A stretch of DNA of 64,000 nucleotides. Origin: Cyanidioschyzon merolae (taxonomy: Eukaryota). The DNA is taken from NCBI GenBank assembly GCA_000091205.1, contig AP006491.2. One strand, 5' to 3'. The notes beneath the pieces are model-generated. The model did not search any database and had not been told where the DNA came from. It saw only the letters and a list, made by a program, of their open reading frames with translations. How positions within the stretch are numbered: position 1 is the first letter of the stretch; each line of letters starts with the position of its first letter. Made by a program: the position numbers and the translations under genes. Below are positions 1-10,805 of the stretch, piece after piece.

Positions 1-655
1 GGCTACTGTACGAACGCTCGTTCGAGAACGTTGCGAATTATCTTGCTTTCGATGAACGAATGTACTCCAGCAGGAAAGCGACGATGCAATCACTCCGAAA
101 AGTCGACCTCGAATCCGATAACCTTCACTCCTGCAAACATCATGTCGACGCTTCGCATCGTAAAATATCCGAAAAAGAATCAAGAGTCCGGAGCAGAACA
201 AGCCGTTCTGCATTCTATGGTACGCTGATAGGGGTGTAGCGGTACGGGCGCTGCGAAAGCTTCTCACGCTGTACGATCGTCGATAGCGGAACCAGAGTAC
301 CTTCCGATCCGGTAAGATGATCGCCAGCCGCGAAAGCATCCATGACACTGCACCATATCTTCGAGTGACGGGAGCGACCCGCACCGGTCGTCCATTTCAT
401 CCAGAATATGAGTCGGTTCCTAGGAGCATCCGAGTGCAGAGCCTATCAGCAGCGCCTCCCCGAACGCTGCCCCATGAAGCGAAGGATGCCCCCAGCGACG
501 CTCGTTCAGCAGCGCTCGACGCGGCAATGGCGAAGCGTCGACGACGCCCGGTCCCGTGACTCCTCGTTTGCGCTGTAGCGGGCGAGCGCTTTGGCTCTGG
601 GACGCAGTGGTGCCATCGAGGCTTGAATGTCGCTATACATCGCCAGGCGTTGTTG

Positions 656-1723
656 ATGATGCACCTCGGTGCGCACCAAAGCGACGCTTATCTCGGTTGG
701 CTTCCGCCAAACCTATCCCTCAGAGACTTGGATGGTTACACCGTCGCTGACTGCAGCGCACTGCTCGCTCCACGCGGAGGTCGTCTTGTGCTGACTCCAG
801 CTGAGAGCTCGAATGCTTCCGCATCAAGCAATAAGATTGTGCAAGCGGAGATCAATGTGGAATCTAGGCGGCATGCAACGCTGCGTTGGGCGAGTCTGGA
901 CGAGGCGTCCACATCCGAGTTGCTTCTCGGAGCTGTGCACGGCTCCGTGAAGTTCTGGATCTGCGACGAGGCGCGCCAGACGACGTCGTCGTCCGCTGAG
1001 CAGCCCTTCGTATCGAATGGCTCTGGAACTGCTCAAGTCACTGAGAGGCAACTGCGGGTTTTGATGGACCGCGAACCGACACAGCTGGGCGCACGGGGAA
1101 ACCACGTCAGCGGTGAGCAGTCGGGCCGTGCGACGACCGAGGCGCACCTTCGTGCAACTTGTCCCGCGACCCTGAGCAGCCCAGTCGAAAGCGATACCCA
1201 GCTACCACCGGAAGAGTGTGCGCGATGGCGCTTTCTGCGAAAGCAGGCACGCGAACGCCTCGAGCATTTCACTACGAAAACGAACGTTACAGCTTCCGCG
1301 GAGCGGCATGTGCACGAACAAGCACCGACACAGCGTCAATCGACACCTTCAAAGACTCTGCAGGCACAGGGCGCTACATCCGTACCAGAGTCGTCATCCA
1401 ATGATGATGATGGTGATGATGATGATGCTGTGCCCCAGCAAGCGGAGCATTCCATTTGCGAGGAGTCACTCGTACCGTTCGATGCCTCGATGCATTTACG
1501 AACCAAGTACATCAAAAAGTATCGTCGGAAACCCGCCAAATATGCTCGCAAGATTCTCAAGCGCCCACAAGCATACCTACTGCAAGCGAATTGGCTGCCA
1601 GTCGCTGCGGAGGATCGAAGCGAGATCACTGCCCTGCGCATGGGCACCCGAGTCGATGATCATAACCGAGTCGATGGAGCCGTGCTTGTCCGCGAGATGC
1701 CGACACCGTCCACAACCTGGTAG
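656..1723 (+). CDS. hypothetical protein (low-complexity, acidic D-rich tract, basic C-terminus)
   Basis: Track ORF 623..1723 begins with TTG; the first ATG is at 656. Long ORF in GC-rich DNA with no recognisable domain. Could be a frame artefact. Confidence 0.25.
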   Translation: MMHLGAHQSDAYLGWLPPNLSLRDLDGYTVADCSALLAPRGGRLVLTPAESSNASASSNKIVQAEINVESRRHATLRWASLDEASTSELLLGAVHGSVKFWICDEARQTTSSSAEQPFVSNGSGTAQVTERQLRVLMDREPTQLGARGNHVSGEQSGRATTEAHLRATCPATLSSPVESDTQLPPEECARWRFLRKQARERLEHFTTKTNVTASAERHVHEQAPTQRQSTPSKTLQAQGATSVPESSSNDDDGDDDDAVPQQAEHSICEESLVPFDASMHLRTKYIKKYRRKPAKYARKILKRPQAYLLQANWLPVAAEDRSEITALRMGTRVDDHNRVDGAVLVREMPTPSTTW

Positions 1724-2727
1724 TCGTCTCTTTTTGTGTCATGATTGCATATCTGGCGTGTTGCGGAATGGGGCTTCGCGTTTACGCGCAACAGCAGGTG
1801 CGCTACGCGTGAACCGTACCACCGAAACGTCTGACTCCAGCGTAGGAGCCACCGCGTGGCTACATCATCGAGTTGTCATACATGTTGACGCAGCATCCCT
1901 GCTACCGATGCGCCGTGTATCCATGAGGCACCTTCCTCCATCGTTCTATTGTTGTGACTTTATAATTGGTGGCCCCGCCGGCGAACGCGACATACATCCA
2001 TGAGGTACCTGGCGGCTGGCGGTCGCGTCTTGTGCCGTCTGGACGATAACGCTGACACAGACAGCGACTCGTTTGGACGAACGTGTGTCACGCGTTCATG
2101 GTGCATGATAAGGGCGCCGCTTTCTCTCGTGGATGGAGTCAACGGTACAGACCAGGCACTTGTTCAGGTATCGCAGCCGGTACTCTGGCACGAAGGCGTG
2201 CACTAGTTCCGCTTGTACCCATTTGAGAATAAAATGGAATAGGTCCTCCAACACGGGTGTTCACTTTAACTTTTGGACTCTTTCCATTGGCAGCGACAAC
2301 AGCTTTTGTGCGCTTTTTCTGCGACTGCTTCCCTTGGCTCGCTTTGATGATGTGCTTTATGCACGCTGGTCTCTCCTTCGGCCCAGCCTCGTTGTCAGCA
2401 TTCGAAAGATGTTGCTGACGGCAATCAGGTCCCGATTTCACGGCTTTCGGCTGTTGTCCACGCGTTTCATGCACAGGGGGTTGTTGCAATGCACGCTCCG
2501 CTCGCCATACTGAAGTTTGTTGTACACAGCTGCGGTGCACAGTGCGCTTGGATGTCAATGGACTGCGCTCAGGTGTTTCCATATGTCCACCAAACTTCCT
2601 GCTCCGAGCGCTGCCCTGTGGCACATGAACGCTTGCTTCATCGCTCGGTACATGCCTTCGATGGGTGCAGAGAGCTCGCCGCGGTGCCTTTCTCGGCTTT
2701 GGTGTCCGGTACCGTACACCGCTACGA

Positions 2728-3471
2728 TCAGCAGCGTCTTGTGGAGGCTCCCGTGGTCGACTTTTTAGTGTACGCTGCACAAGCAAGCATATGCACTTGC
2801 ATTCGATACAAACGTTGTCGTATGTGATGCTTTCCATGATGAGAAAACAAGTATCGGAACACACATCTCGGACTGGAGATCAAGTTCGGGATTTCGATTC
2901 GTTTACGCTCCCTGCCGTGCAAGGCGGTGATGCACGCTCCACTTGAAGCGATTGCCGCGATGACCCAAGTTCGAGTCCCAGACCCTTGTCTACGCAAACC
3001 GAAGGAACGATAGTGTCTGGGAGCGTATCTCGTGCGAGTGATCATGGTGCTGTCGAGTTCTGTCTCATCGACGGTGATCACAGCGTAAGGATGATTCATC
3101 ACGCGTACAGCATCGATTCCTTGAGGTGGCACGTTCACGGGGAACGTTCGGCATGAGCGCGTACACAAGTGTTCAACGGAAACACTGAAGTTTGTTTCGT
3201 CGTCGATCCGGCAGCGCGAATGCCTGTGCCCACATTCGTTGCCTCGAAACAGAAAGACCGAAAAATTCCAGATTGCAGCTGATTTGAGCGCGCTCCCTAG
3301 ACGCAAAAGCGAAGCCTGGACGCTTGCAAGTGCGAATTCCATCATGATAGCGGTCGTAATCCAGATCTTACGTCGGAGGCTTCGCAAATCCTGCTGAGCC
3401 CCGGGAACGCAACAGATTCCAGCGGGAACACGTCGAAGACGCCACTCCGACACCCCGCCAACGAACCCCAT
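2728..3471 (-). CDS. hypothetical protein (possibly continues in ORF 2139..2864 after a frameshift or intron)
   Basis: ATG-initiated ORF (cat at 3469-3471). A faint 'GNE..GH.H' string was not supported as a metallophosphoesterase because the upstream motifs are absent. Confidence 0.2.
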   Translation of the reverse strand: MGFVGGVSEWRLRRVPAGICCVPGAQQDLRSLRRKIWITTAIMMEFALASVQASLLRLGSALKSAAIWNFSVFLFRGNECGHRHSRCRIDDETNFSVSVEHLCTRSCRTFPVNVPPQGIDAVRVMNHPYAVITVDETELDSTMITRTRYAPRHYRSFGLRRQGSGTRTWVIAAIASSGACITALHGRERKRIEIPNLISSPRCVFRYLFSHHGKHHIRQRLYRMQVHMLACAAYTKKSTTGASTRRC

Positions 3472-3749
3472 TCCTACCTATGCATCAGCGCGCCCGCATT
3501 CCTGCTCCCTGAACATCCAAGCTCCACATCGAAAGCAAACTCAGAAAATAAATCACAAACACCAAAAACGGTGCAAGCAGATCCGTGTTCCATGTAAATC
3601 CTTCCCTTTATGGATCTCCGATCGAGGTCGCGACAGGAGTGCAAGCTATGGGCGTACCCGCGCATCCAGGAGCTGCTCTCGCGATACCCACAACCCCAGA
3701 TGATGCTCCGCGTTGCAGCGTATGCATACTCCAGGTGCCGCGTTTTCGA

Positions 3750-5522
3750 CTACGCCGCCCATCGGTGAACGCTTCCAGAGCGCCCACCTATATAGATCTC
3801 GTTGCGATCCTCGTGGTAGTAGACAGCGGTCACGTCACTGAGCGCTCGACGTTCCTCGAACGAGTCACGATGCGCCCGGATTCGGCCTAGGCAAAGTCCG
3901 GTAGGAATGTGTGCGATCCAGAGTGAGCCGCTGTGGACGTCGTAGATCTCCGAAAGCGGACGCTGCAGTTGACCAGCTCGCAACCGTTCACTGGAGCTAG
4001 TACCGGGTACCGATGCGAACTGGTGATCGCTCGTCGAAGAGGGTGCCTGCAACGTCGGTGTTCCTTTGGCGAGCGATGGTAGCGCAGGTCGTACCTGCGG
4101 ACGCACCCCTGACGCGCTACTATCCCCTGGGGCAGTGGCGCTTGCGTCAGGTGTCGGACCCAGCACAGGTGCTCCATCCATGGACGTCGACGTCGACGAC
4201 GACTGCGGCGTCACTGCGGTATTCGGGTCAGCGTCGGATGCGTCCGGATCGTCGTCACGCGGATGCTCATTCGCGTCGCTCGCTGCCTGATAAGATACCA
4301 AAATATCCTGTGCAGCGGATATGTAGAGGGTATTGTTCGCTGCTGCCGAGATGGCACGGGACGGATGCTGTCTCGAGAGCCGTTGAACAACGGGTCGAGC
4401 ACGAAAGTCCCAAACCTGAATCTCCTGATCCCGGAAGACAAGAAACAATTTGGTCTCGTACAGAAAGATGAAATGGTGAGGCGTCAGGTGCTGTGAACCG
4501 AGAAGCTCCTGCTCCGTACTGGTGCGCAGATCGACGATACGGAGGTTCACGCCCTCCTGTTTCACCAGCAGGCGATCGTGGAAGAGCTCGATGAACTCTA
4601 TCTTGCGAGATCGGTTCAGCAAGTAAAAGAGTTCATGTCGCACGGCGCCGGTTTCGATATCCACAAACTGGAGCGGCACATGGCTTCCGACGCGCTGATA
4701 GATGAGCAACATCACGCCCGGTGACACCTTGATCTCGGCGATAGAGCGACACGCGATCCGGTAGAGGCTTTGGTAGGTTGTCAGGTCCCATACTGTGTAG
4801 CTGCGATCGTTGGCACTGAAGGTAAGCACCTTGCCGTTGACATCGTCAAATTCGACAAACCCCGGCCAACTGAGGCATTCGCTCGTAAAGATAGGGATGC
4901 TGTCTTCAGGCTGGCCTCGCGCGATGGCGTCCATCGGGATGCTGCGACAACGAAGTCGCAGGAAGCGATCTTCGTGCCGCACGGAGACAGTGATGAGCGC
5001 TCGATTGGCCTTGTTGAGGAAGATAGAGCGCACGACTTCATCAGGGCTCAGGTTCAAGCAGCAGAGACGCTTTCGTGTAACAGTCTGGAACGCTGTACAG
5101 ACCCCGTTGGCCGTCAAGGTGAAGAGCAGATCGCCGAAAGCGACGATTTCTACCACGCCGGCACGCCGTTGAAGCAACGGAAGCGAGAAGCTCCGGTTGC
5201 TGTCGTTGGCGTCGTAGGTCTCGCGGAGACGGAGGCCGCGAAAGCGGCACAAGAGCGTTTGTCGATGCAACGCATGTTCGGGCAGAATGCCGGTCTCACG
5301 ACGACGCAGGGCATCGAGCGGCTGGAATCGCCACTGCAGCGCGGAGGAAGCACGCTGCAACCCGTGCCCTGCTCCAGCATTGAAACCGAGTTTCGATGCT
5401 GCTTCGATGGACACGGGCGTCGACGACAAGCCCACCGGCGCTGCCGCACATGAGAATGAACCGCAACCAAGTCTTCGTCGCTTCTTCGTCGCCTGGGTTA
5501 GAGGTTCACAAGCGTCAGCCAT
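3750..5522 (-). CDS. conserved hypothetical WD40/beta-propeller-like protein
   Basis: C-terminal ~590 aa of track ORF 3750..6482 reads like protein, with WD-like strands (e.g. 'EIQVWDFRARP', 'RSYTVWDLTTY', 'IYIGGRSGSVHRW'). The 5' ~320 codons are C/R/S-rich and non-protein-like, so I trimmed to the ATG at 5522 (MADACEPL...). Confidence 0.5.
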   Translation of the reverse strand: MADACEPLTQATKKRRRLGCGSFSCAAAPVGLSSTPVSIEAASKLGFNAGAGHGLQRASSALQWRFQPLDALRRRETGILPEHALHRQTLLCRFRGLRLRETYDANDSNRSFSLPLLQRRAGVVEIVAFGDLLFTLTANGVCTAFQTVTRKRLCCLNLSPDEVVRSIFLNKANRALITVSVRHEDRFLRLRCRSIPMDAIARGQPEDSIPIFTSECLSWPGFVEFDDVNGKVLTFSANDRSYTVWDLTTYQSLYRIACRSIAEIKVSPGVMLLIYQRVGSHVPLQFVDIETGAVRHELFYLLNRSRKIEFIELFHDRLLVKQEGVNLRIVDLRTSTEQELLGSQHLTPHHFIFLYETKLFLVFRDQEIQVWDFRARPVVQRLSRQHPSRAISAAANNTLYISAAQDILVSYQAASDANEHPRDDDPDASDADPNTAVTPQSSSTSTSMDGAPVLGPTPDASATAPGDSSASGVRPQVRPALPSLAKGTPTLQAPSSTSDHQFASVPGTSSSERLRAGQLQRPLSEIYDVHSGSLWIAHIPTGLCLGRIRAHRDSFEERRALSDVTAVYYHEDRNEIYIGGRSGSVHRWAA

Positions 5523-7532
5523 TGGGGTCGCTTCGACCGCGCCAGGCGACACGCGCTGGGATTGGTAGACTCGGGCTGGCCAGTATGCAGTCGTGCGTGC
5601 GCTCGTTTCTTGGCTACAAGTTGCAACATCGTTCGAAATACTTGAGCACTGACTAGACGTCAACGCTGGAAGAGGGAACAGCGTGGACGAAGACTCCGGC
5701 GAGCGCGCAGACTTGCCACGTGGCGAGGCATCTCCGGCAGGAGCGCCCGCATACGTGCGGGTTGCCCCCGGTCGTGGGCTCTGCGCACACAAGTACTGCG
5801 CCGCGTGCCGATCATCTTCGCTGAGCAGCGAACATACGTCACCAGCGAGCTCGGAAGCGCCCGCTGCGTCACTCAGAAGCGCCACAGCTTCTCGGCGCCA
5901 GCGTTCGCACGACGCATTTTCGAAACGCTGTCGGGGAACGTACACCACCGAAGGCGAAAGAAACACCTTGCTCTTTCCAGACCAAACCTGGCGCGGTCCG
6001 CAGTCAGTGCATGCACCCTTGGTACCGTCTGTGTGCACGGCGGAAGACATGAAGCCTGTTGACGGAAACAGGAACTTCACCTCGGGCGCAGTCAACCCAG
6101 GTCCAGGTGTCGACGTGTACTCGCGTGTCTGCACGACTTGTGTACAAAGCGCGTACGTACAGCGCACGTCCAGACGAGTTCTCAGTACCGCTTGTATTTT
6201 GTACGCGCGGTGCTTTCCCCAATACTCAAGGTTTGCACGAGTGTGTGCCCAGACAGACACGTATTCGCGAGCAGCGGGCGAACGGAGTCGCAGCGCAGGC
6301 ACCCCGTGCGGCCCTCCGCAGACTTGTAAAATCGCAACCGCTGCTGCCCTGACTGCGGGTATGAGCGGTGTGTCGCCCGCAGGCCGTTGCGATTTGGAGC
6401 GCGACTGGCGGCGCTGTTGCCGCGTCGAAAGCCGATAACGCCTGGAGGAGGCGGCGGCGGCGGCGCACCGGTGGTGCTTCAATGCACAATGCAGATCGCT
6501 GGGTGCAGATGGGATGAATATGGTCTAATTTGTATATTTATGGTATGTGCCATGGAGGCGGCGGCGGCATGCACGGTAGCCGAGTGGTCGCTGCTGATCC
6601 TGGGCGCGTGCACCTGCAGCAATCCCGCGGGAGATGCGCCGCTGCTGGCAACGCCTGGGGCAGCGGCTACCGCTCTGCACCAGACAGTGTGCCCTGACGT
6701 GCCACCAGCCTCCGATTCGTCATTCCGACGGAGACCAGGGCTTCTGTCTAGTCGGCGATTCGGTTGGGTAACGGGGCATGGCGGGCGCTGATCCCCGTTC
6801 AGGACACGATCCGGGACGACGGGTGCGTCGCCGGCTTCTTCGCTGTGCGGAGACGTGCGCATGCAATTGGGTATTGTTTGGAGGGCGTCGGATCGCTTCC
6901 GCACGAACCGCGGCATCCCCGAGAGCGTGGCGGGTATCGGTATTCGGAAGATCGTCCAGCAGCCAAGATGCACCAGAAACCAATACTCATGCTTCGCTCT
7001 GGAGAAGACGCTTCCTCCGTGCGATCCACCGGGTGCCTTGTGCCTGTCATGAGCATCCATAACGGTAACGCCAACGGCTCTAGCGCCCGCTTCGGCATGA
7101 CACCTCGTGAGCGGGCGTCTCTGTTGGCCCACACTGGTAGACGTCAACTCAAAGCACGCATCGCCCGACGCCGTGTCAGGACTCGCGGGCGGTGTCAGCC
7201 TCGATAGTCGGCGCACACAGACCTGCCCTGAGACCTCCGATACGCCCGATCGGGGACCGTTCGATACGCTGCCTCCCGCGAGCGCATCGGAGGCGAGAGC
7301 ACACCCAGCCAGCGGGCCCGGGGTGCCGTGCGCAGCGGCCAGGCGCGCGCGCACACACACGCGCACGCGTGGCATTCAGCAGTTTCGCACAACGCCACCG
7401 AAACGACGGCGTATGAGAAGACTATCGCGCTCACTTGTTTCGTACAGAGTACTTTACACGCTGCGACGCCCAGTGCGGTAAACTTGTCCCGAGAACGCTC
7501 TACTTCCTTCATAGCTCACTCAGAATTCACAA

Positions 7533-8696
7533 ATGCTCGTTTCGAGTACAGTTTTCGCTAACCACAAGGGCGGATGCGGCAAGTCGGTCCTGTTATTCCA
7601 GTCCGCTGCGGAGTACGCGCTGGCGCACCCTGATCAGCACGTACTGGTCGTGGACATGACCGTGGTTGGCGACCTGACGCGTCTTTTCCTCGGCGGAGAC
7701 TCGTTTGAGCGCTCTTCATCGGTAAGTTTGAGCGACTTTGTGGCTGTCCACGGAGGCACAACCAAACTCCTCTTTGATTGCCTCGCGTTCGAGCTGGGGT
7801 TCCAGTCCGGGGCGCTGCGCGAGACTGCGACCACAGCGAGTGGGAGCAGCGGCAGTGGCCCGCTCTCCTTCGTGAGTCGTTTGCGGCAGACGTTTGGCGG
7901 TGGCACGGGCAGTGAGGACAAGAGCGCTGGTGGCAGCGGAGGTGCCTACCGTTTCCCTGTGGAAAAATACCTGCTTCGTGTCGCAGACGTCAATACACAC
8001 ATTCCTGCAAATATCTACCTATCCATGTCGAGCGGTGGTGGATCCCAGCATCCGTTCCGGCTCACTGAGCGCCTCACTGTGGTCCAGGGCCTTCGCCGCG
8101 CTTTCCAGCAAGCGCCCGCCTCGTATAAGGTTCTGTTCGATACCGACGGCGACCTGCACTTCTCCGACTATACCCGGATCGCTATTGGTGTCGCAGACCA
8201 TTTGGTGGTGCCACTCTTCCCCTCGTTTACGGACTTCCACCGCGTCGAGACGTTTATGGAGGAGCTCTTCCAAATGCGTCAGAACGGAGAGACTGACGCC
8301 AAGGTACAGCTCATGGTCTGGAACAATGTCGATGTGCACTACAATCGGCCATGGTTGCCGGTATCCCGAAACGTGACGCCCACCAAGGCAGCTCAAACGG
8401 TGATTGAGAAACTCAACTCGCTACTGGCTGGGGTCGCAGCTCAGTATAGTACGCTTTTCGTGCAGCCCATTCCGGATAATGCAAGCCCCGTGGAAGCCAG
8501 TGAGCACTTTTCGGAAACGAGCTCCATGATCATGCGAACCTTCGGGGTAACCGGTATGGCTAGCGCGGATCTGGGCATTCCTTTTGCCTGCATGCAACCA
8601 GGCACTCTGACTGGTGGCGCCGTCGAGTACCACGTCAGCGCCGAAATGCTGGAGCTGCTACGCGCGAATGTGCGCGAGCTCGCCGATGTGCTCTGA
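7533..8696 (+). CDS. ParA/MinD-superfamily (SIMIBI) P-loop ATPase with deviant Walker A, unknown function
   Basis: ATG at 7533. N-terminal 'FANHKGGCGKSVLL' matches the deviant Walker A (xKGGxGK[ST]). 'HVLVVDMTVVGD' matches Walker A'. 'YKVLFDTDGDL' matches Walker B. No CxxC (NBP35/Mrp) or MinD-specific motifs. Confidence 0.6.
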   Translation: MLVSSTVFANHKGGCGKSVLLFQSAAEYALAHPDQHVLVVDMTVVGDLTRLFLGGDSFERSSSVSLSDFVAVHGGTTKLLFDCLAFELGFQSGALRETATTASGSSGSGPLSFVSRLRQTFGGGTGSEDKSAGGSGGAYRFPVEKYLLRVADVNTHIPANIYLSMSSGGGSQHPFRLTERLTVVQGLRRAFQQAPASYKVLFDTDGDLHFSDYTRIAIGVADHLVVPLFPSFTDFHRVETFMEELFQMRQNGETDAKVQLMVWNNVDVHYNRPWLPVSRNVTPTKAAQTVIEKLNSLLAGVAAQYSTLFVQPIPDNASPVEASEHFSETSSMIMRTFGVTGMASADLGIPFACMQPGTLTGGAVEYHVSAEMLELLRANVRELADVL

Positions 8697-9169
8697 ACGG
8701 CTGCGGTGATTCTGTGACCTCGAAAGGTCGTATGCCAGACGTATCGTTTTTTCTGACAGTATCAGGTACAATGCAGTGTTCACGCTGGTGCGGAGACAGG
8801 CGACCGTCCGTTGCCGATTTTTCGCAGAATGGCGTTCAGGGCGGAGGCGGTATATCGGCACGAACACAGACACCACGAGCGATGCAGGCCACGCTTCTGA
8901 GTGCGCCAGTGGTGCCGGTGCCGGCACTCGTCGCGGAGCAGGGCATGTTCTCCGACGCTGGCACTGTTCCCGAATATCTGGTTCGTTTTGGAATTCTGTA
9001 ATGTGAAAAAGGTTTCGAGAGCGTGCACCCCGATGAACGGATCACCCTGATGCCAAGTGATGGATTTCCTGTCGTGCCCGAAAAGCGACAAACAGGTAGA
9101 GTTGGTTAGCGACACGAGGACACAGGGTGCGTCCCGCGTCGGCATGCGCGATGCCTGCAGGCAGCGAGC

Positions 9170-9605
9170 ACAGCCCCCAGAGACTGGACTCTAGGATGGA
9201 CGTGACGCGCGGGTACCACTGGTACTGCTCGCAGCACCCGTCGCCTCTGTGTCCGGTAGTCTGTATCCTTGAAGATGGGCGCCCCCCAGAGACTGGACTT
9301 TAGGATGGACGTGACGCGCGGGTACCACTGGTACTGCTCGCAGCACCCGTCGCCTCTGTGTCCGGTAGTCTGCATCCTTGAAGATGGGCGCACCCCAGAG
9401 ACTGGACTTTAGGATGGACGTGACGCGCGGGTACCACTGGTACTGCTCGCAGCACCCGTCGCCTCTGTGTCCGGTAGTCTGTATCCTTGAAGATGGGCGC
9501 CCCCCAGAGACTGGACTTTAGGATGGACGTGACGCGCGGGTACCACTGGTACTGCTCGCAGCACCCGTCGCCTCTGTGTCCGGTAGTCTGTATCCTTGAA
9601 GATGG
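9170..9605. repeat. tandem repeat, ~109-bp unit x ~4
   Basis: Unit 'agactggact(c/t)taggatggacgtgacgcgcgggtaccactggtactgctcgcagcacccgtcgcctctgtgtccggtagtctg(t/c)atccttgaagatgggcgc(c/a)cccc' recurs at ~9181, 9291, 9399 and 9508. Confidence 0.9.
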
Positions 9606-9747
9606 GCGCACGCACGCACGCACGCACGCATACATACATACATACATACATACATACATACATACATACATACATACATACATACATACATACATACATA
9701 CATACATACATACATACATACATACATACATACATACATACATACAG
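9601..9747. repeat. microsatellite (CGCA)n followed by (CATA)n, ~31 units
   Basis: Direct reading: cgcacgcacgcacgcacgc followed by catacatacata... for ~125 bp. Confidence 0.95.
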
Positions 9748-10391
9748 TGCACGGGCGCGACTCTACCGGACGGTGCACGGGTAACGCACGGCCTATGCGC
9801 GGCCGCCTCGTTCACCCGACAGCGACGGCCGCATATAGGCCTGACCACTTCCAGTATATGTTCTTATGGGTGTTTGTGCAAGCGTAATAGTCGCAGGGTG
9901 CCCGGTTACGCGTAAGCGTTCGCTCTGCGTGTTGAGCGTGCAAGCACCGCAGCGTTGCCCTACCGCTGCCGGGTGCCTGCGTAGCGAGCTTTGAACCGCA
10001 TCCTTTCCGCATCGCACGGACCTCTAGACCGTTTCCCCGTGGATACCATGTTAGCTTCTTTCATCCAAACGTATAAACACATCTTTTGTTACGAAAAAGC
10101 CCCAGGTTCAGGCTGGAATAGAGCGCACAAGCATCACATCCGCTGTGCTGCCTGCGATACCGTTCGGCACGGGCGCGCCCGCGTCGCCATCGGCAGGCGC
10201 GCGCGCAGACGAGTGTGCGCGCTGGTGATAGGTCACTGGGGAGGCCTCGCAGGCGCCTCGACAAACGCACTCGAAAAGTTCCGCAAGTATTTTCCTGTAC
10301 TACCCTCTAAATCTGTATAAATCTTATTGGTGACAGGATATTCGACTTTGAAAAGTGCTTTGCGGCATCCGACCTAGCTACTTGTCGGGTG

Positions 10392-10805
10392 ATGCTACGC
10401 GATCGGCTCTACGCTGTCGCCGTTGGTTGTGCAGCTGCGGCAGGGTTTTCTTGGCACTTGTCCCGTCTGGTCGGAGAGCAGCCTGCGCAAGCGGTCGCGT
10501 GCAGACGCGAGCAGCTCGGGACAAGTGGTGTACGACCGCAGCTCCACTACGACTGGCAAAGCGCGGGCCGTAGAGTCATCCCGGACCTGGTGCCTTTTGC
10601 AGCTGCCGGGACAGTGCAGCAGAAGCAGTCGCAGCAGCAGCAGCAGCTTGAAAATCTGGAGCAGTTTCTTCGTCGACGCTGGGCTTTCACGTGGAACGAA
10701 AGCATCAACGCGCTACTGGATGCCTTGCAACAGTTAGATGCGGAACGACTCCAGCGATATCCACGTGAGTTGTGGCAGCGATGGCGGCGACAGCAATCTG
10801 TATGA
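10392..10805 (+). CDS. small hypothetical protein with N-terminal hydrophobic segment and Q-rich stretch
   Basis: Track ORF 10389 starts with GTG; ATG at 10392. 137 aa. Hydrophobic 'YAVAVGCAAAAGFSW' then charged helical C-terminus. No recognised family. Confidence 0.25.
   Translation: MLRDRLYAVAVGCAAAAGFSWHLSRLVGEQPAQAVACRREQLGTSGVRPQLHYDWQSAGRRVIPDLVPFAAAGTVQQKQSQQQQQLENLEQFLRRRWAFTWNESINALLDALQQLDAERLQRYPRELWQRWRRQQSV

Noticed and set aside
2940-3010. tRNA-like T-loop string 'aagttcgagtccc'
   Set aside because: I could not fold flanking sequence into acceptor, D, anticodon and T stems on either strand. It is probably a chance match.
2728-3471. Metallophosphoesterase-like 'GNE..GH.H' string
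   Set aside because: The motif order and spacing are wrong for calcineurin-like phosphoesterases and the GDxHG/GDxxDRG motifs are absent. The ORF is kept only as a low-confidence hypothetical.
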